A DNA stretch of 64,000 bases, from positions 1-64,000 of IMG/VR virus record IMGVR_UViG_3300032298_001311; one strand, given 5' to 3'. Positions 20,111 to 30,812 of this stretch are shown here, piece by piece. The number at the start of each line of letters is the position of its first letter. Position 1 is the stretch's first letter. This DNA comes from a virus. The notes below the pieces were generated by a model, which worked only from the letters and a program-made list of their open reading frames with translations, ran no database searches and was not told where the DNA came from. The translations under genes were made by a program, and so were the position numbers.

Positions 20111-23100
20111 TTAATGTTTACCAACCATAACTTCGATTATTCCTACATGATCTGAATCATAATTTTGTAATGCCTTACCAATTATGCTTCCTGGCTTTGG
20201 ATCCGTAGATGCCATAGCAACACCTGGAACAACACCAACCACCATTAAGTCGCCTTTAGATATCTTACCAATAACCTTACATGGTACTCGACCTTGTAAT
20301 GCTATTAGATTCTTCTCACCAGGACAACTACCATTCATTATGTAGGCTGCTTGAGTACTTACAACGCCCGCAACTTTAGTAGTTCCTGCTCCAGAAGCTT
20401 GTATTACATCAAACTCCCCTCCGATCATTAAAACAGTACCAGGCTCATAAATCTTATCACCTTGATAATACTCTGCAATATCTGCTGCGTATGTTGCTTC
20501 TAATGTTGCGCCAGTTCCTAATGTCCAAGAACCTTGTACTCTTGTTGTACCTGATCTAGAATCTAAGAATAAATTACCTTGTGGAGAGTAAAATTCTAAA
20601 TACTGATTTGGAGAAGTTCCACTACTTCCTATTGCTTTGTTGCCGCTAACATTAAATTGAGTAGTTGCATTTATTATAGATCCACTGAAACCACCATTTC
20701 CACTATCTCTTAATACTAAAGTTCCTTTATCAGCAGCAACACTTTCGTTATATGTGCTTTGATATGCAACGGTAGTGTAAGTATTAGAACCAGTTCTAAC
20801 AAGAGCTCCGTTAGTTGTAAATAGGCTATTATAAATACCTCCGCCTTCTTGTACAACTGTAGCAAATGTAACTGCCGCAGGTGTTGCAGTTGAAGCACTA
20901 CTATTACCTAAAACTGTATCAGTTCCTATTTGCGGTAGATTTGATAAAGAAATACCATTATTTTTAAGAGTAACAAAACCGTCAGTTATTGTAAATGCAC
21001 TACTATCAAAACTTGCAACACCACTTGATGCCTGTTTTGTTTCAGGTGTTCCTGTAGGAGCACTTGCTCTAGTAGTAGCTAAAGATAATTCTAATTTGCT
21101 TTGAGCAATAGCTGCGGTAAGACTTACATCGGAGTTAACAATTACACCCGGCTGTATTGCTGAAGTAAGAGTATTTGTTGCTAATGTAAATAGAACATCA
21201 CCTGCTTGAGCGCCCCAAGTAAAGTTTGTACCATTAAACACAAACAATGAATTATTTGTAACATTAGTAATTGGATTTGGAAGACTTACTCCTCCTAATT
21301 CTCTAAGTTCATTCTGTGAAGAAGTTAAATCATCTACATATTTCTTTGTAGCGGCATGCATATTACTTGTTGGATCGGAGTGAAGTGTAATAAATCCAAG
21401 CATTGTTCCGCCGGCAAGAGCTAATTTTGTATCTGCATAAGATTTTGTTGCAGCGTCACTTCCGGTTGTTGGATCTAACATGTTTACAATTTTATAGCTA
21501 CCCATATTCATGTTAGCTTTCATTTGTAATTGTCCGTCTAAACTCATAAATCCAGAATTAATACTAGGAATTAGTCTACCAGTTGCAGGATTAATTACTG
21601 CACCATTATGTGTTAAACCTAATCGACGATCAATATAAGAACGAACTGCTTGTTCTGTTGGAACACTATCTGTGGCATTATCAAACATACTATCATCGAC
21701 AGAAAATTCAGCAATAGCAACACCGCGTTTAAATCCAAGACCGTCTAGATTACTAATAGCAATAGAACTAGAGAATGTAACAGTACCAGTACCTTGGTCG
21801 ACCTTGAAGAACTCGCCAACTTTAAAGTTACCATCTTGGTCAGTTGATGCATAGAATACACGCCCCTTACCGATTTCTTGAACTTCTGCGGCAGTATCTG
21901 AATCTCTGTCTGGTCTTCCAAAAATAGTATTTGGGAAATTGGTTGAAGAATAACTTCCTGTACCTACTTCCAACATATCATGCCCAGTACAACGTACTGT
22001 TGAAATCATAACTGTAACATTACCAGGACTGTCTGCAGGCAGAACTGCTTTAAGATTTGGATTACTGTCAAATCCTCCTTCTAGTAATCCAATTGGATAA
22101 GCAAGTCCACCAGTGGCTGGATATTCTGGAGTTACTACACCTAGATTGTCTAATTCAAGAACAGCATATAATGTTCCATTATCTTCACTAGAAATGTATC
22201 TTGAAATTTTATGAACTCTACCATACCAACCAACTAGCATAATAAAACCTGTTTCAAAACTATTAAGAATTCTTTCTTCATCTAATGTTGAAATATCTCT
22301 AATAGCAACTTTATAACTTCCAGGAACACCCCATGTATAATAGCTAGATCCTACTATTTGAGTAGTACCATATATTATCGTAGTAGAATCACTTAAAGAT
22401 TTAACAGGGCCTTGGAAGGTATCGGAAATAGTAAACTTAGTGTCATCGTCTACAGTTTTAACCCAATATTCTACTCCTCCTGTAATACCTCCTGCAGATG
22501 CTGTAAAGATTATTTTTTGATCTGCAATTAAGTCTCCCACACCTAACGTAGAAATTTGGTCTGTAGAAGAGAATATTCTATTAACAGTTACAGTAAATGG
22601 TTGACACTGTTGATCGTTTGAATCGTAGTACGATGTCATAATAATAGAACGGAATGGTTCTTTTAATTGTGTTTCACATTCACCGTTAGCAGCACCCCAA
22701 GTAACGGATCCCGAAGAGAAAATGTCTGTATTAACTACAATAACAGTAAAGCTATCTGGATCAATAATTGTGTCAACAAAATAATATCCTCTGCTAGGAT
22801 TACCATTAGTTCCTGCTAAAAATACGAGATAAATCTCGTCACCAGCATTTAATAAATGTGCTTCAGAAGTAACAGTTACAGTTGTAAGATTCCATGTAAA
22901 TGTTCCAACCTTTGCTGAAAGATTACTAATAGCGATAACTCTATTGACATAATTAGGAGATTCATACATTACAAGAGCAGTAGACGGTCTTGTAGCAGTC
23001 TCTCTGTTAATATCATATATTAATAGTGAGATATGTTGACGAACAGTAATTTTTTCCCCATCAGGAATGGCTTCTAAAATTCCTGTTCCGGCGCCAGCGC

Positions 23101-26100
23101 CTAGTCCACCACTTGCTAAATTAACTCTATAAATTTTTCCATTTGCCGGTGTTGGAAGATCTCCTGTATCTATAATTTCTTGAGCATTATTAACAAGATA
23201 TCTAAAAACCTGTCTATTCGGAGCATTGCCAAAGAATACTTCTAGTTCACTACTATTAGCAAGGGTATATTCGGTTGTTAATTCATGAATATATAAAACA
23301 ATATCATCTGCTCTATTATAATACTGATTAATAGGAGCACCGTCTGGTATACTTCCTGTATATGTGAATGTAGTTATATTGCCGCTGCCGCCTATACCTG
23401 TAACTGTAATAGTTAAATCGTTTATAGTTATTAATCCGCCAAATACAGTTCCTAATATAACAATTTGATTTCCTGGAGCATATCCACTACCATTGGAAAA
23501 AATTGTTACAATATAAGATGTTTCGTTAACAGTAATGTTAAATTTTGCACCTGAACCAGACCCTGATAAATTCGTTCCGCTAATTTCAGTATACTGATCA
23601 AATGGTGAATATATTGTTGCACCAATAACCATATCTTCTAGTAGATAAACGTCATCTGGAATTTCTAATGGATATGCACCTTTAGCAACAAGAGCAAAAG
23701 AACCGTGTGCCGAAGATCCGCCAACTGATCTAATTTGTCCTCCTGTGTCAGAAAAATATGAAATTTGATTGTAGTATGTAAAGACACCTACAGCTTCTAA
23801 TAATCCACCATTAATAGCAGCAAGACCGTATCCCAAATCATTTAATTGAGTATAATCATTACAAAGCATAGAGTTATTACCACCGGAAAGGAACTCAATG
23901 CTTGTACTTGGCATGAATAATCTTGTTGAATCTTCAATTAAGGTGTATTCTGGATCATCCGGAGTTGCAGGATTAATATGTATTAATGCTGTTCCAGCTT
24001 CCTGATCCCACGCAGTAATCAGATCAACTTGGAATCTAACACCATTGATATAAAATGCACAGGGAAGATTTGGTAAACGGATATTTAATCCATCTACTTC
24101 TATAGTTGTATCATTTATTCTGCTAGTGACTTCTGCTGGAACATTTCCAGCAAAAGCATCAACAAGCATACCACCTGCAAATATTCTTTCATTAGTACTT
24201 TTACTAAATGAAGATGATGTTTGAATATATGGGGATTTATTGAGAATTTGACCAAGTGGGTCAAGAACACACATAAATCCACCGTGTTCTTGACATGAAA
24301 TTGAACGTAGTATTGTTGCTTCATTCATTAAGAATACATCAAGATTATTATTATCCTTTGGTGGATTTACAGAAGCATCTTGATTTATAATATCTAACAT
24401 AAATTGAACAAGATCGGCAACAGCATTAACTGACCCCGCTTCTGGAACTTCGGTCATATTTCTTACTTGAGATATTCTTACACTTGCTGGATAAGCATTT
24501 TGATAAAGAGTAAGCGGAGGTAATTTTTGTACTACTCTTTGACTTATAGTTGAAATATATTCTATCGCAGCCGCTGTTTCAGTTAATTGAACTGTAATTG
24601 CTTTGTATGCACTTGCACTAATAAAGTATTCATTAGCAGCTTCTAAAGACCTATAATATCCCCCATAAAATAAATCATAGGCTAGTGCATCAACAATTAA
24701 TCCTACGTCTCTCTTACAGAGTGTTTCGTCATATATAAAGAATGCACCGTTAATAAAATCGATGATGCTATTTTGTAATGATACACTCGATGTAGTCATT
24801 GTTGTATAATCGGTAACAAGTTGAGAATCAACTGATATTAAACTTGGGGTTATTGCTGCTGGAAGACTACCATTATTTTGTAAAGCATATCGTACTACGT
24901 CAACTAATGCTTCTATCTGATATCCAACTGATGCTGTACTTGTTATACCGCCTATTCTAGGGATTGCAGTTTGAAAACCACCGTACGTTTCTCCTACAGT
25001 AATTGTATACATTAGTGTTTTTAATTGAGCATAAGCAGCTAATGTAGGTGCTAATTCGTTTGTTCCTATAATCTCTGTTCCAACTAGATAATAAGCACTC
25101 GCAGCATCTCTTGTTTGTAAATTTCCTCCATAAGTAATATCATAACAAATAGCATCAACAATCAATCCTACGTCTCTAGCACAAGCTTCTCCGCTTATAG
25201 CAAGTTCATACCAAATACTAGTAGATGTTGCATTTGCTATTTGATAATCAATCCATGCAACAATTTCTGCCTGGATGTAATCTCTATTATTAATAAGCAA
25301 ATTCTTTGCGTCTATAAATTCTTCCGGTCTTCCAGAAGTTGCAGGCCATACATAATCTGGAATATTATTGAGACCGTTGTCGATGATATCGATCATTATA
25401 GCAATATTATCTGTAATCGATGTTTGAGAAACAGTACTCACTACTAATGCATTTAATAAATCTTTTAATTCTTCTAATGCTTCTAGGGTAGCAGTTTTAT
25501 CAGCACCTAAAACAGCCGCAGCTTGTGTTCCTCTGTAGTATGCACGAGCTGCTGCTATTGAATTAAAGTTACTTCCAAAAACCACATCATATGCTAACGC
25601 GGTAATAATAAGATCAGTATCTCTTTTACATTTTACTTCGTCATACTGAAGTCCTCTTAATTCTTGATTTACAAATCCTATTACTTCTTCTTGTATAAAT
25701 TCTCTATTCTGTAGAAGTATAGATGAAGCATTTATTAAATCTCCCGGATTATTAATTGATCCATTATATAAACTTCTGCTTGTATTTGTAAGATAATGAT
25801 AACCATAGATTCTATCAGTTGCCGGCAGGTCTGTATCAAAAAATTGATCTCTACGGAAGTAGGTATCGATAGCCCAACTTGCTGATCTTCCTTGTCTTGG
25901 ACGAATAAGTGTTCTTCTTAATTCATCTCCTATAATCGATGTATTTGGTGGGACGCGAATTGGATAATGTTCATAATAATTTCCAGTTTCGACAAATATA
26001 GATATTTGTATATCTTTTACCGGATTTCCAAATTCTAAATATTCTCCTCCTAATGTTGTTATGAGAGGAGTATCTGTTATATATTCTACTTTATATGATT

Positions 26101-27151
26101 CTGTGTTTCCTACAATTCCATCTATTACTTCTAATATTCTAACAATAGATTTACTAGTTTTACCTCGTATCAACTGTCCAGGTCTAATATCAGATGCATC
26201 TCTAGCATCAGTTGGAGAGCCGTTGTTAGATATTGTAAGAACTAGATAAGTTCCTGCGTCTACTACTGATATAACTTGAGATACAAGATCACCGTCATCA
26301 TATGTTAAATCTTTAATAGTGACTGATATAGTGAAAGGAGAATTTTCTATAATTGATTCAGCATATCTACAAGCATTACTTATAGTTTTAAAACCATAAG
26401 CCATTGATCTACCGCGAAGCTCTACAGGAATATCAAATTGATCATCGTCACCATTTGTATTTACATAAAGATTAACTTGACTAGTATAACTACCTAAATC
26501 AACATATTCTTTTGTTGCAGCAATTAATGGATTATCTGTGTTTTGTATTTTCCTTTCAAGAATTAAAGGACCTTGCATTTGAGTTGCAGTACCTCCTGCT
26601 CTTAAAAGAGTTTCTTGAGCTTGGGGTACTTCAGCACCTGAAGCACCGGCAGGAACATTAAGCATTCCGGTCATTGTATCACCGGATGTGTTTACATAGC
26701 GACTATCTGCATATCCTTTATTGATAGCAAAGCTATCTATAGTAGTATTATATGCAGCAGCAACTGATGTGTTTGGATTAGCAACTCGTAAAATATTAAA
26801 TCCAGTTATATCTAAATGATTAGATAACGACGGATTCGGGTCACCAGATAATGATGCCGAGGCTGAATTTATAATCAATTTCGATGGATCTGAATTAACA
26901 ATCTCAATTCCACCTGATCCTTCGATTGTTTTTGATACGTATTGGCTTCCATCTTCATTTGCTATCAAAATAGTATTAGGTAAAACTTCATCTGGCCCTT
27001 CTTCAAGAGAAGTTATAGATATACCGTCTCCTTTACCGAACGCAGAATAAAGTTCGTTGAAGTTTTCGTTTACTTTACTAAATGCTTCTCTAATAGGATC
27101 ACCAGAAGCATCATTACCTTCAACACCTATATTAATAACCTTTTTAACCAT
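20111..27151 (-). CDS. Giant virion structural/tail protein (2346 aa)
   Basis: gp9/gp10-like N-terminus, CxRD helical repeats, DAATKxYVD collar motifs, C-terminal ADIAEYY...GRVPCKV autoproteolytic chaperone-like domain. Confidence 0.75.
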   Translation of the reverse strand: MVKKVINIGVEGNDASGDPIREAFSKVNENFNELYSAFGKGDGISITSLEEGPDEVLPNTILIANEDGSQYVSKTIEGSGGIEIVNSDPSKLIINSASASLSGDPNPSLSNHLDITGFNILRVANPNTSVAAAYNTTIDSFAINKGYADSRYVNTSGDTMTGMLNVPAGASGAEVPQAQETLLRAGGTATQMQGPLILERKIQNTDNPLIAATKEYVDLGSYTSQVNLYVNTNGDDDQFDIPVELRGRSMAYGFKTISNACRYAESIIENSPFTISVTIKDLTYDDGDLVSQVISVVDAGTYLVLTISNNGSPTDARDASDIRPGQLIRGKTSKSIVRILEVIDGIVGNTESYKVEYITDTPLITTLGGEYLEFGNPVKDIQISIFVETGNYYEHYPIRVPPNTSIIGDELRRTLIRPRQGRSASWAIDTYFRRDQFFDTDLPATDRIYGYHYLTNTSRSLYNGSINNPGDLINASSILLQNREFIQEEVIGFVNQELRGLQYDEVKCKRDTDLIITALAYDVVFGSNFNSIAAARAYYRGTQAAAVLGADKTATLEALEELKDLLNALVVSTVSQTSITDNIAIMIDIIDNGLNNIPDYVWPATSGRPEEFIDAKNLLINNRDYIQAEIVAWIDYQIANATSTSIWYELAISGEACARDVGLIVDAICYDITYGGNLQTRDAASAYYLVGTEIIGTNELAPTLAAYAQLKTLMYTITVGETYGGFQTAIPRIGGITSTASVGYQIEALVDVVRYALQNNGSLPAAITPSLISVDSQLVTDYTTMTTSSVSLQNSIIDFINGAFFIYDETLCKRDVGLIVDALAYDLFYGGYYRSLEAANEYFISASAYKAITVQLTETAAAIEYISTISQRVVQKLPPLTLYQNAYPASVRISQVRNMTEVPEAGSVNAVADLVQFMLDIINQDASVNPPKDNNNLDVFLMNEATILRSISCQEHGGFMCVLDPLGQILNKSPYIQTSSSFSKSTNERIFAGGMLVDAFAGNVPAEVTSRINDTTIEVDGLNIRLPNLPCAFYINGVRFQVDLITAWDQEAGTALIHINPATPDDPEYTLIEDSTRLFMPSTSIEFLSGGNNSMLCNDYTQLNDLGYGLAAINGGLLEAVGVFTYYNQISYFSDTGGQIRSVGGSSAHGSFALVAKGAYPLEIPDDVYLLEDMVIGATIYSPFDQYTEISGTNLSGSGSGAKFNITVNETSYIVTIFSNGSGYAPGNQIVILGTVFGGLITINDLTITVTGIGGSGNITTFTYTGSIPDGAPINQYYNRADDIVLYIHELTTEYTLANSSELEVFFGNAPNRQVFRYLVNNAQEIIDTGDLPTPANGKIYRVNLASGGLGAGAGTGILEAIPDGEKITVRQHISLLIYDINRETATRPSTALVMYESPNYVNRVIAISNLSAKVGTFTWNLTTVTVTSEAHLLNAGDEIYLVFLAGTNGNPSRGYYFVDTIIDPDSFTVIVVNTDIFSSGSVTWGAANGECETQLKEPFRSIIMTSYYDSNDQQCQPFTVTVNRIFSSTDQISTLGVGDLIADQKIIFTASAGGITGGVEYWVKTVDDDTKFTISDTFQGPVKSLSDSTTIIYGTTQIVGSSYYTWGVPGSYKVAIRDISTLDEERILNSFETGFIMLVGWYGRVHKISRYISSEDNGTLYAVLELDNLGVVTPEYPATGGLAYPIGLLEGGFDSNPNLKAVLPADSPGNVTVMISTVRCTGHDMLEVGTGSYSSTNFPNTIFGRPDRDSDTAAEVQEIGKGRVFYASTDQDGNFKVGEFFKVDQGTGTVTFSSSIAISNLDGLGFKRGVAIAEFSVDDSMFDNATDSVPTEQAVRSYIDRRLGLTHNGAVINPATGRLIPSINSGFMSLDGQLQMKANMNMGSYKIVNMLDPTTGSDAATKSYADTKLALAGGTMLGFITLHSDPTSNMHAATKKYVDDLTSSQNELRELGGVSLPNPITNVTNNSLFVFNGTNFTWGAQAGDVLFTLATNTLTSAIQPGVIVNSDVSLTAAIAQSKLELSLATTRASAPTGTPETKQASSGVASFDSSAFTITDGFVTLKNNGISLSNLPQIGTDTVLGNSSASTATPAAVTFATVVQEGGGIYNSLFTTNGALVRTGSNTYTTVAYQSTYNESVAADKGTLVLRDSGNGGFSGSIINATTQFNVSGNKAIGSSGTSPNQYLEFYSPQGNLFLDSRSGTTRVQGSWTLGTGATLEATYAADIAEYYQGDKIYEPGTVLMIGGEFDVIQASGAGTTKVAGVVSTQAAYIMNGSCPGEKNLIALQGRVPCKVIGKISKGDLMVVGVVPGVAMASTDPKPGSIIGKALQNYDSDHVGIIEVMVGKH

Positions 27152-27165
27152 TGTGGCTCCAATCC

Positions 27166-27492
27166 TTATACTGCAAAACTAGTGCCGCATCCGCAGCTTG
27201 AAATAGCATTTGGGTTTTCGAAAACAAAATTACTTCCAAAAATTTCTTTTTTATAGTCTAATTTTGTACCTAAAACGTATATTAAACTCATACCGTCAAT
27301 AACAAATTTTCTTTCATTTATATGAAAAACTTCATCATTTTCCTCTAATTCAGTTTCATTATTAAGAAACGCCCAATCATAAGTAAATCCAGCGCAGCCG
27401 CCACCTTTAACAGATAGTTTAACGCCCCATTTATTATTATTTTCGCATAGCTCTCTTATTTGATTTTTAGCAGAATCTGTAATAGAAATCAT
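27166..27492 (-). CDS. iscA: A-type Fe-S cluster carrier (IscA/SufA/HesB family)
   Basis: VKGGGCAGF and SCGCGTSF motifs. Confidence 0.9.
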   Translation of the reverse strand: MISITDSAKNQIRELCENNNKWGVKLSVKGGGCAGFTYDWAFLNNETELEENDEVFHINERKFVIDGMSLIYVLGTKLDYKKEIFGSNFVFENPNAISSCGCGTSFAV

Positions 27493-27561
27493 GTTTTTCC
27501 TATAATTTAATGTATTTATTAGTATTTATATTAATAAATATTCCTACCAAAGGAGACAGAT

Positions 27562-27852
27562 ATGTTTGGATGGTTAAAGAGTTTATTTGGAAGTGAAACA
27601 GCACAAGAAATAGTTGTGCCCCCGCTACCAAAAGTAAAAAAAGTTGTTAAAAAGGTTACAAAACCAACTGTTAAAGAAGTTTCTAAAAAACTAGCTTTAA
27701 AAACAAAGGTTAATAAGACACCTAGAAAGCAGAAAGAAACAGTTACTCCGATAGAGCCCGTTTTTTCATCTGATAATACGGTTGTAGAGTCTGGAATAGT
27801 AGAAGTTAAGTTAAAGAAAAAAGGTGGTCGTCCAAAGAAGAGTAATATTTAA
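27562..27852 (+). CDS. Lysine-rich hypothetical protein
   Basis: SD AAGGAG; AATAAATA late motif at about 27533; basic low-complexity sequence. Confidence 0.6.
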   Translation: MFGWLKSLFGSETAQEIVVPPLPKVKKVVKKVTKPTVKEVSKKLALKTKVNKTPRKQKETVTPIEPVFSSDNTVVESGIVEVKLKKKGGRPKKSNI

Positions 27853-28799
27853 TTATTGTTTTCTTCAAAAAAATTTGATATATCTCTAGGGGATGATTTA
27901 GTCTTTTTATGATTAGGTATTTCTCCTCTTTCTTTTAGACTTTTATCTTTCCCTTCTAGAGCTAATTTGGCATCTAATGCAGCTGAAAAATCTTTCATGA
28001 TTTCGTTTTGTATTCTATCTTCAGCTATCTTACAATAGTCGGCACTTAAATCTATTCCTAGATATCTACGTCCAGTTCTTTCAGCAACGAATGTAGTTGT
28101 TCCTGCACCATTAAATGGATCTAATATAACATCGTTTTGAAACGAAAAAAGTTTTAATGCTCGGTAGGCTAATTCTACAGGAAACATTGCAGGGTGTCCG
28201 TATGTTTTCATATTTCTTTCAGGAGCAATATTCCATTTAGCGTCACACCAAGTTTTAAATTCATTACCGGTTATATCAGCTAATTTAGAATCTCCTTTAT
28301 GTAGAATCTCTCCTTTACAAAATACTTCCAGAAATTCCCAAGTATATTTTAGATAAGGCCCGCTCGGACTCTTCCAAGAGCCCCATGCGGTGTAAGCACA
28401 ATTACGATGATTCTTTTCCCACAATATTTCAGCCTTCCATATAAGCCCTCTATCTAAAAGACCCTTGCTGATTATATGATGACTAGGAATATACTCGCTG
28501 AATAATGGTTGTGTGTTTATTATTATTCTTCCACCATGTTTTGTAACTCTAATACATTCGTCGAAGATTTCCCAAAGCATTTCAAAGTATTTAGGCCAAT
28601 CGGTTTTATCATCATGTGTGTCATATCCCATACCAAAGTTATATGGCGGGCTTGTAAAAACTAAATCTACACAATTATCAGGAAGATTTTTTAATATTTT
28701 TAGACTATTATCGTTAATGATTTTATTCTCATAATTCTTTGGAAAAATATTATTTGTTTTAGAAAAATCTTTAGTGTATGCCTTATATCCCTCTGCCAT
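27849..28799 (-). CDS. DNA N4-cytosine/N6-adenine methyltransferase, beta class
   Basis: Motif IV TSPPY precedes motif I DPFNGAGTT; GHPAMFP. Confidence 0.9.
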   Translation of the reverse strand: MAEGYKAYTKDFSKTNNIFPKNYENKIINDNSLKILKNLPDNCVDLVFTSPPYNFGMGYDTHDDKTDWPKYFEMLWEIFDECIRVTKHGGRIIINTQPLFSEYIPSHHIISKGLLDRGLIWKAEILWEKNHRNCAYTAWGSWKSPSGPYLKYTWEFLEVFCKGEILHKGDSKLADITGNEFKTWCDAKWNIAPERNMKTYGHPAMFPVELAYRALKLFSFQNDVILDPFNGAGTTTFVAERTGRRYLGIDLSADYCKIAEDRIQNEIMKDFSAALDAKLALEGKDKSLKERGEIPNHKKTKSSPRDISNFFEENNN

Positions 28800-28818
28800 A
28801 ATTGTTCCTTAAAAATAT

Positions 28819-28847
28819 ACTATAATACAAATTTCATATAAAGTCAA
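28819..28847 (-). promoter_or_regulatory. Sigma70-like promoter for the methyltransferase
   Basis: TTGACT-17 nt-TATAGT. Confidence 0.6.
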
Positions 28848-29704
28848 AAGGTATCTGAAATATAAAAGCCGTTAGAATCTATAATACTTCTTAATTTTAG
28901 TCCTTTTGACTCTGCTTTTGTTATGTTTAAAAAGTCATCAGGAGTTTTATTTGAAAGATAATTAACACAGAGGTCCTCAACCATTTTAAATCTTTGATAG
29001 TTTAATGCTGGGTATTGAACTATTTTTTTATTATTTCCTCTCTGTATAACTATTGCCGATCCTTCTTCCCAAACAGCGTTAACATCAGCATCTGTAGATA
29101 CTGAAAAATTATTATCAGTAATAGCAAAACAACGAATATTAGGATTCATTTTTCTAAAATCGCTAAAAATACCTCTGACATTTTTTGTAGTTGTTTTACA
29201 GAAATGTCCTCCCTTAACTTCTCCAACAATAATAGGGAAGATATATCTTTGAAAGGAATTTTTAGAAATAATACCTAGTCCAATATCAACATCTTTATTT
29301 TCTGGATATCCTTTAGATGGAAAGTATTGCACAACTTCATCGTCTTGAAGATTTACTAATTCTATATCTGGGTATTCTGCCCAAACTTTCTCCATTTTAT
29401 TTTTAATTCTTTCAAAAACAGGAAACCATAATTGTTCCAACCAGCTAGGTCCCACTTTAATTTTAGCATAAGCATAGATGTTTTCTTTATCTCCTTTATG
29501 AGATTGTTCCCAATAAAATTGATCATAAGGTGTAATAGACGTTATGTAACTACTATAGTCACTATTAGAAACTAAATCAAGTTGTGCCAGTTCAACTGTT
29601 GGATAAATTTTAAGTGCTTGCTCAACAAGTAAAAAATCTTTTTCTTTTCTTTCATATCCAGTGTTGGTATTCTTAACTAGATTAATATGTCGATGTAGAT
29701 TCAT
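28844..29704 (-). CDS. Putative PD-(D/E)xK restriction endonuclease
   Basis: KDVDIG...GEVKGG spacing fits a PD-(D/E)xK core; directly upstream of the MTase. Confidence 0.5.
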   Translation of the reverse strand: MNLHRHINLVKNTNTGYERKEKDFLLVEQALKIYPTVELAQLDLVSNSDYSSYITSITPYDQFYWEQSHKGDKENIYAYAKIKVGPSWLEQLWFPVFERIKNKMEKVWAEYPDIELVNLQDDEVVQYFPSKGYPENKDVDIGLGIISKNSFQRYIFPIIVGEVKGGHFCKTTTKNVRGIFSDFRKMNPNIRCFAITDNNFSVSTDADVNAVWEEGSAIVIQRGNNKKIVQYPALNYQRFKMVEDLCVNYLSNKTPDDFLNITKAESKGLKLRSIIDSNGFYISDTF

Positions 29705-29751
29705 AATTTATTTCCTGTTAGAATTATATAATAACATTTTTATAAGATATG

Positions 29752-30777
29752 TCAACTAATAGATTTAGCTTTTTCGAATAAAGCAAAACTGGCTAGATTT
29801 TTAGCCTTGCTCTCACAACAAATATCAAAATTAGGCCAAAATCCTAAAGCCCATTCGTTAGCAGCATCGTTGTAATAGTAATCAGAATGTGCTCTTAATT
29901 TCTGTTTTTTGTATCCATTCTCTAATAGTTCATTGAGATCTAAAAGAGTAACATTGTTACGAACAATGTTCTCATGTAAGTGTTCTTCGCGACTCAATGA
30001 ATAATGCATAGTTGGACGCACACCGCGCCAGCTATCTATGACACGTTTAACGCGATCATCATTAGGATTGATATACTCACCAGTCTTAACCCAGTGGTGA
30101 TGTATGTCCATAACAATAGCACAATGTTTCTCTAATGATAGAACATCATCTAATCCGAAAGTAATTTCTTCGTTCTCTATGGTAATAAGGTTACGAGCTT
30201 CAGTGCTAAGATGGGGGAGAATATTAATAATGCCAGCAGCACCACGCCTACCAGCGATATGCACATTAATTTTAAAACCTTCATCGTGGAAGTATTTACC
30301 GTAACCCATCCAACGGGCCATATCTACATGGTACTCGAATTCTTCTATTGAGCGCCTGACAACATCATCATTGCTACTCGCCAAAACACAAAATTGACCT
30401 GGATGAAAACTAATACGAACGCCGAGCGCACGAGCCAGTTCGCCCACCTCGGCAAAATGTTTCTCCGCGTAAGAGCGAGTATCGTTCTGCTGCCAAAAAT
30501 AACTAAAACTAGGCTCAGTATAGACAGGGAGGATGTCGCTAGATAACCGTACCATACGCAACTGTTCATTTAGCGTCCCCACCTGTCGAACCAATAATCT
30601 AATTGATTCAATATTATGAACCATAAGGTCCCATAGTTTTTGTTCCGCGACTGCCTGGGTTTGCCTCTTTAACCATGCTACTGTAGTAGTGGAAGTATTA
30701 AGTTCTGGAATTGAAACGATGCCTTTTTTAGAATCGTGCCTAACGTATTTGCAGCAAAAGCCTATCTTGTTTGTCAT
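29752..30777 (-). CDS. uvsE: UV-damage endonuclease UvsE/UvdE
   Basis: KIGFCCKY, RLSSDILP, SFHPGQF, IENEE, DIHHH, RAHSD, ESKAKNLA; start at 30777. Confidence 0.9.
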   Translation of the reverse strand: MTNKIGFCCKYVRHDSKKGIVSIPELNTSTTTVAWLKRQTQAVAEQKLWDLMVHNIESIRLLVRQVGTLNEQLRMVRLSSDILPVYTEPSFSYFWQQNDTRSYAEKHFAEVGELARALGVRISFHPGQFCVLASSNDDVVRRSIEEFEYHVDMARWMGYGKYFHDEGFKINVHIAGRRGAAGIINILPHLSTEARNLITIENEEITFGLDDVLSLEKHCAIVMDIHHHWVKTGEYINPNDDRVKRVIDSWRGVRPTMHYSLSREEHLHENIVRNNVTLLDLNELLENGYKKQKLRAHSDYYYNDAANEWALGFWPNFDICCESKAKNLASFALFEKAKSIS

Positions 30778-30783
30778 ATTTAT

Positions 30784-30812
30784 AGTATAGTTGCTTTTTT
30801 GGTTAGTGTCAA
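30784..30812 (-). promoter_or_regulatory. Sigma70-like promoter for uvsE (probably leaderless mRNA)
   Basis: TTGACA-17 nt-TATACT ending 6 nt before the ATG. Confidence 0.6.
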
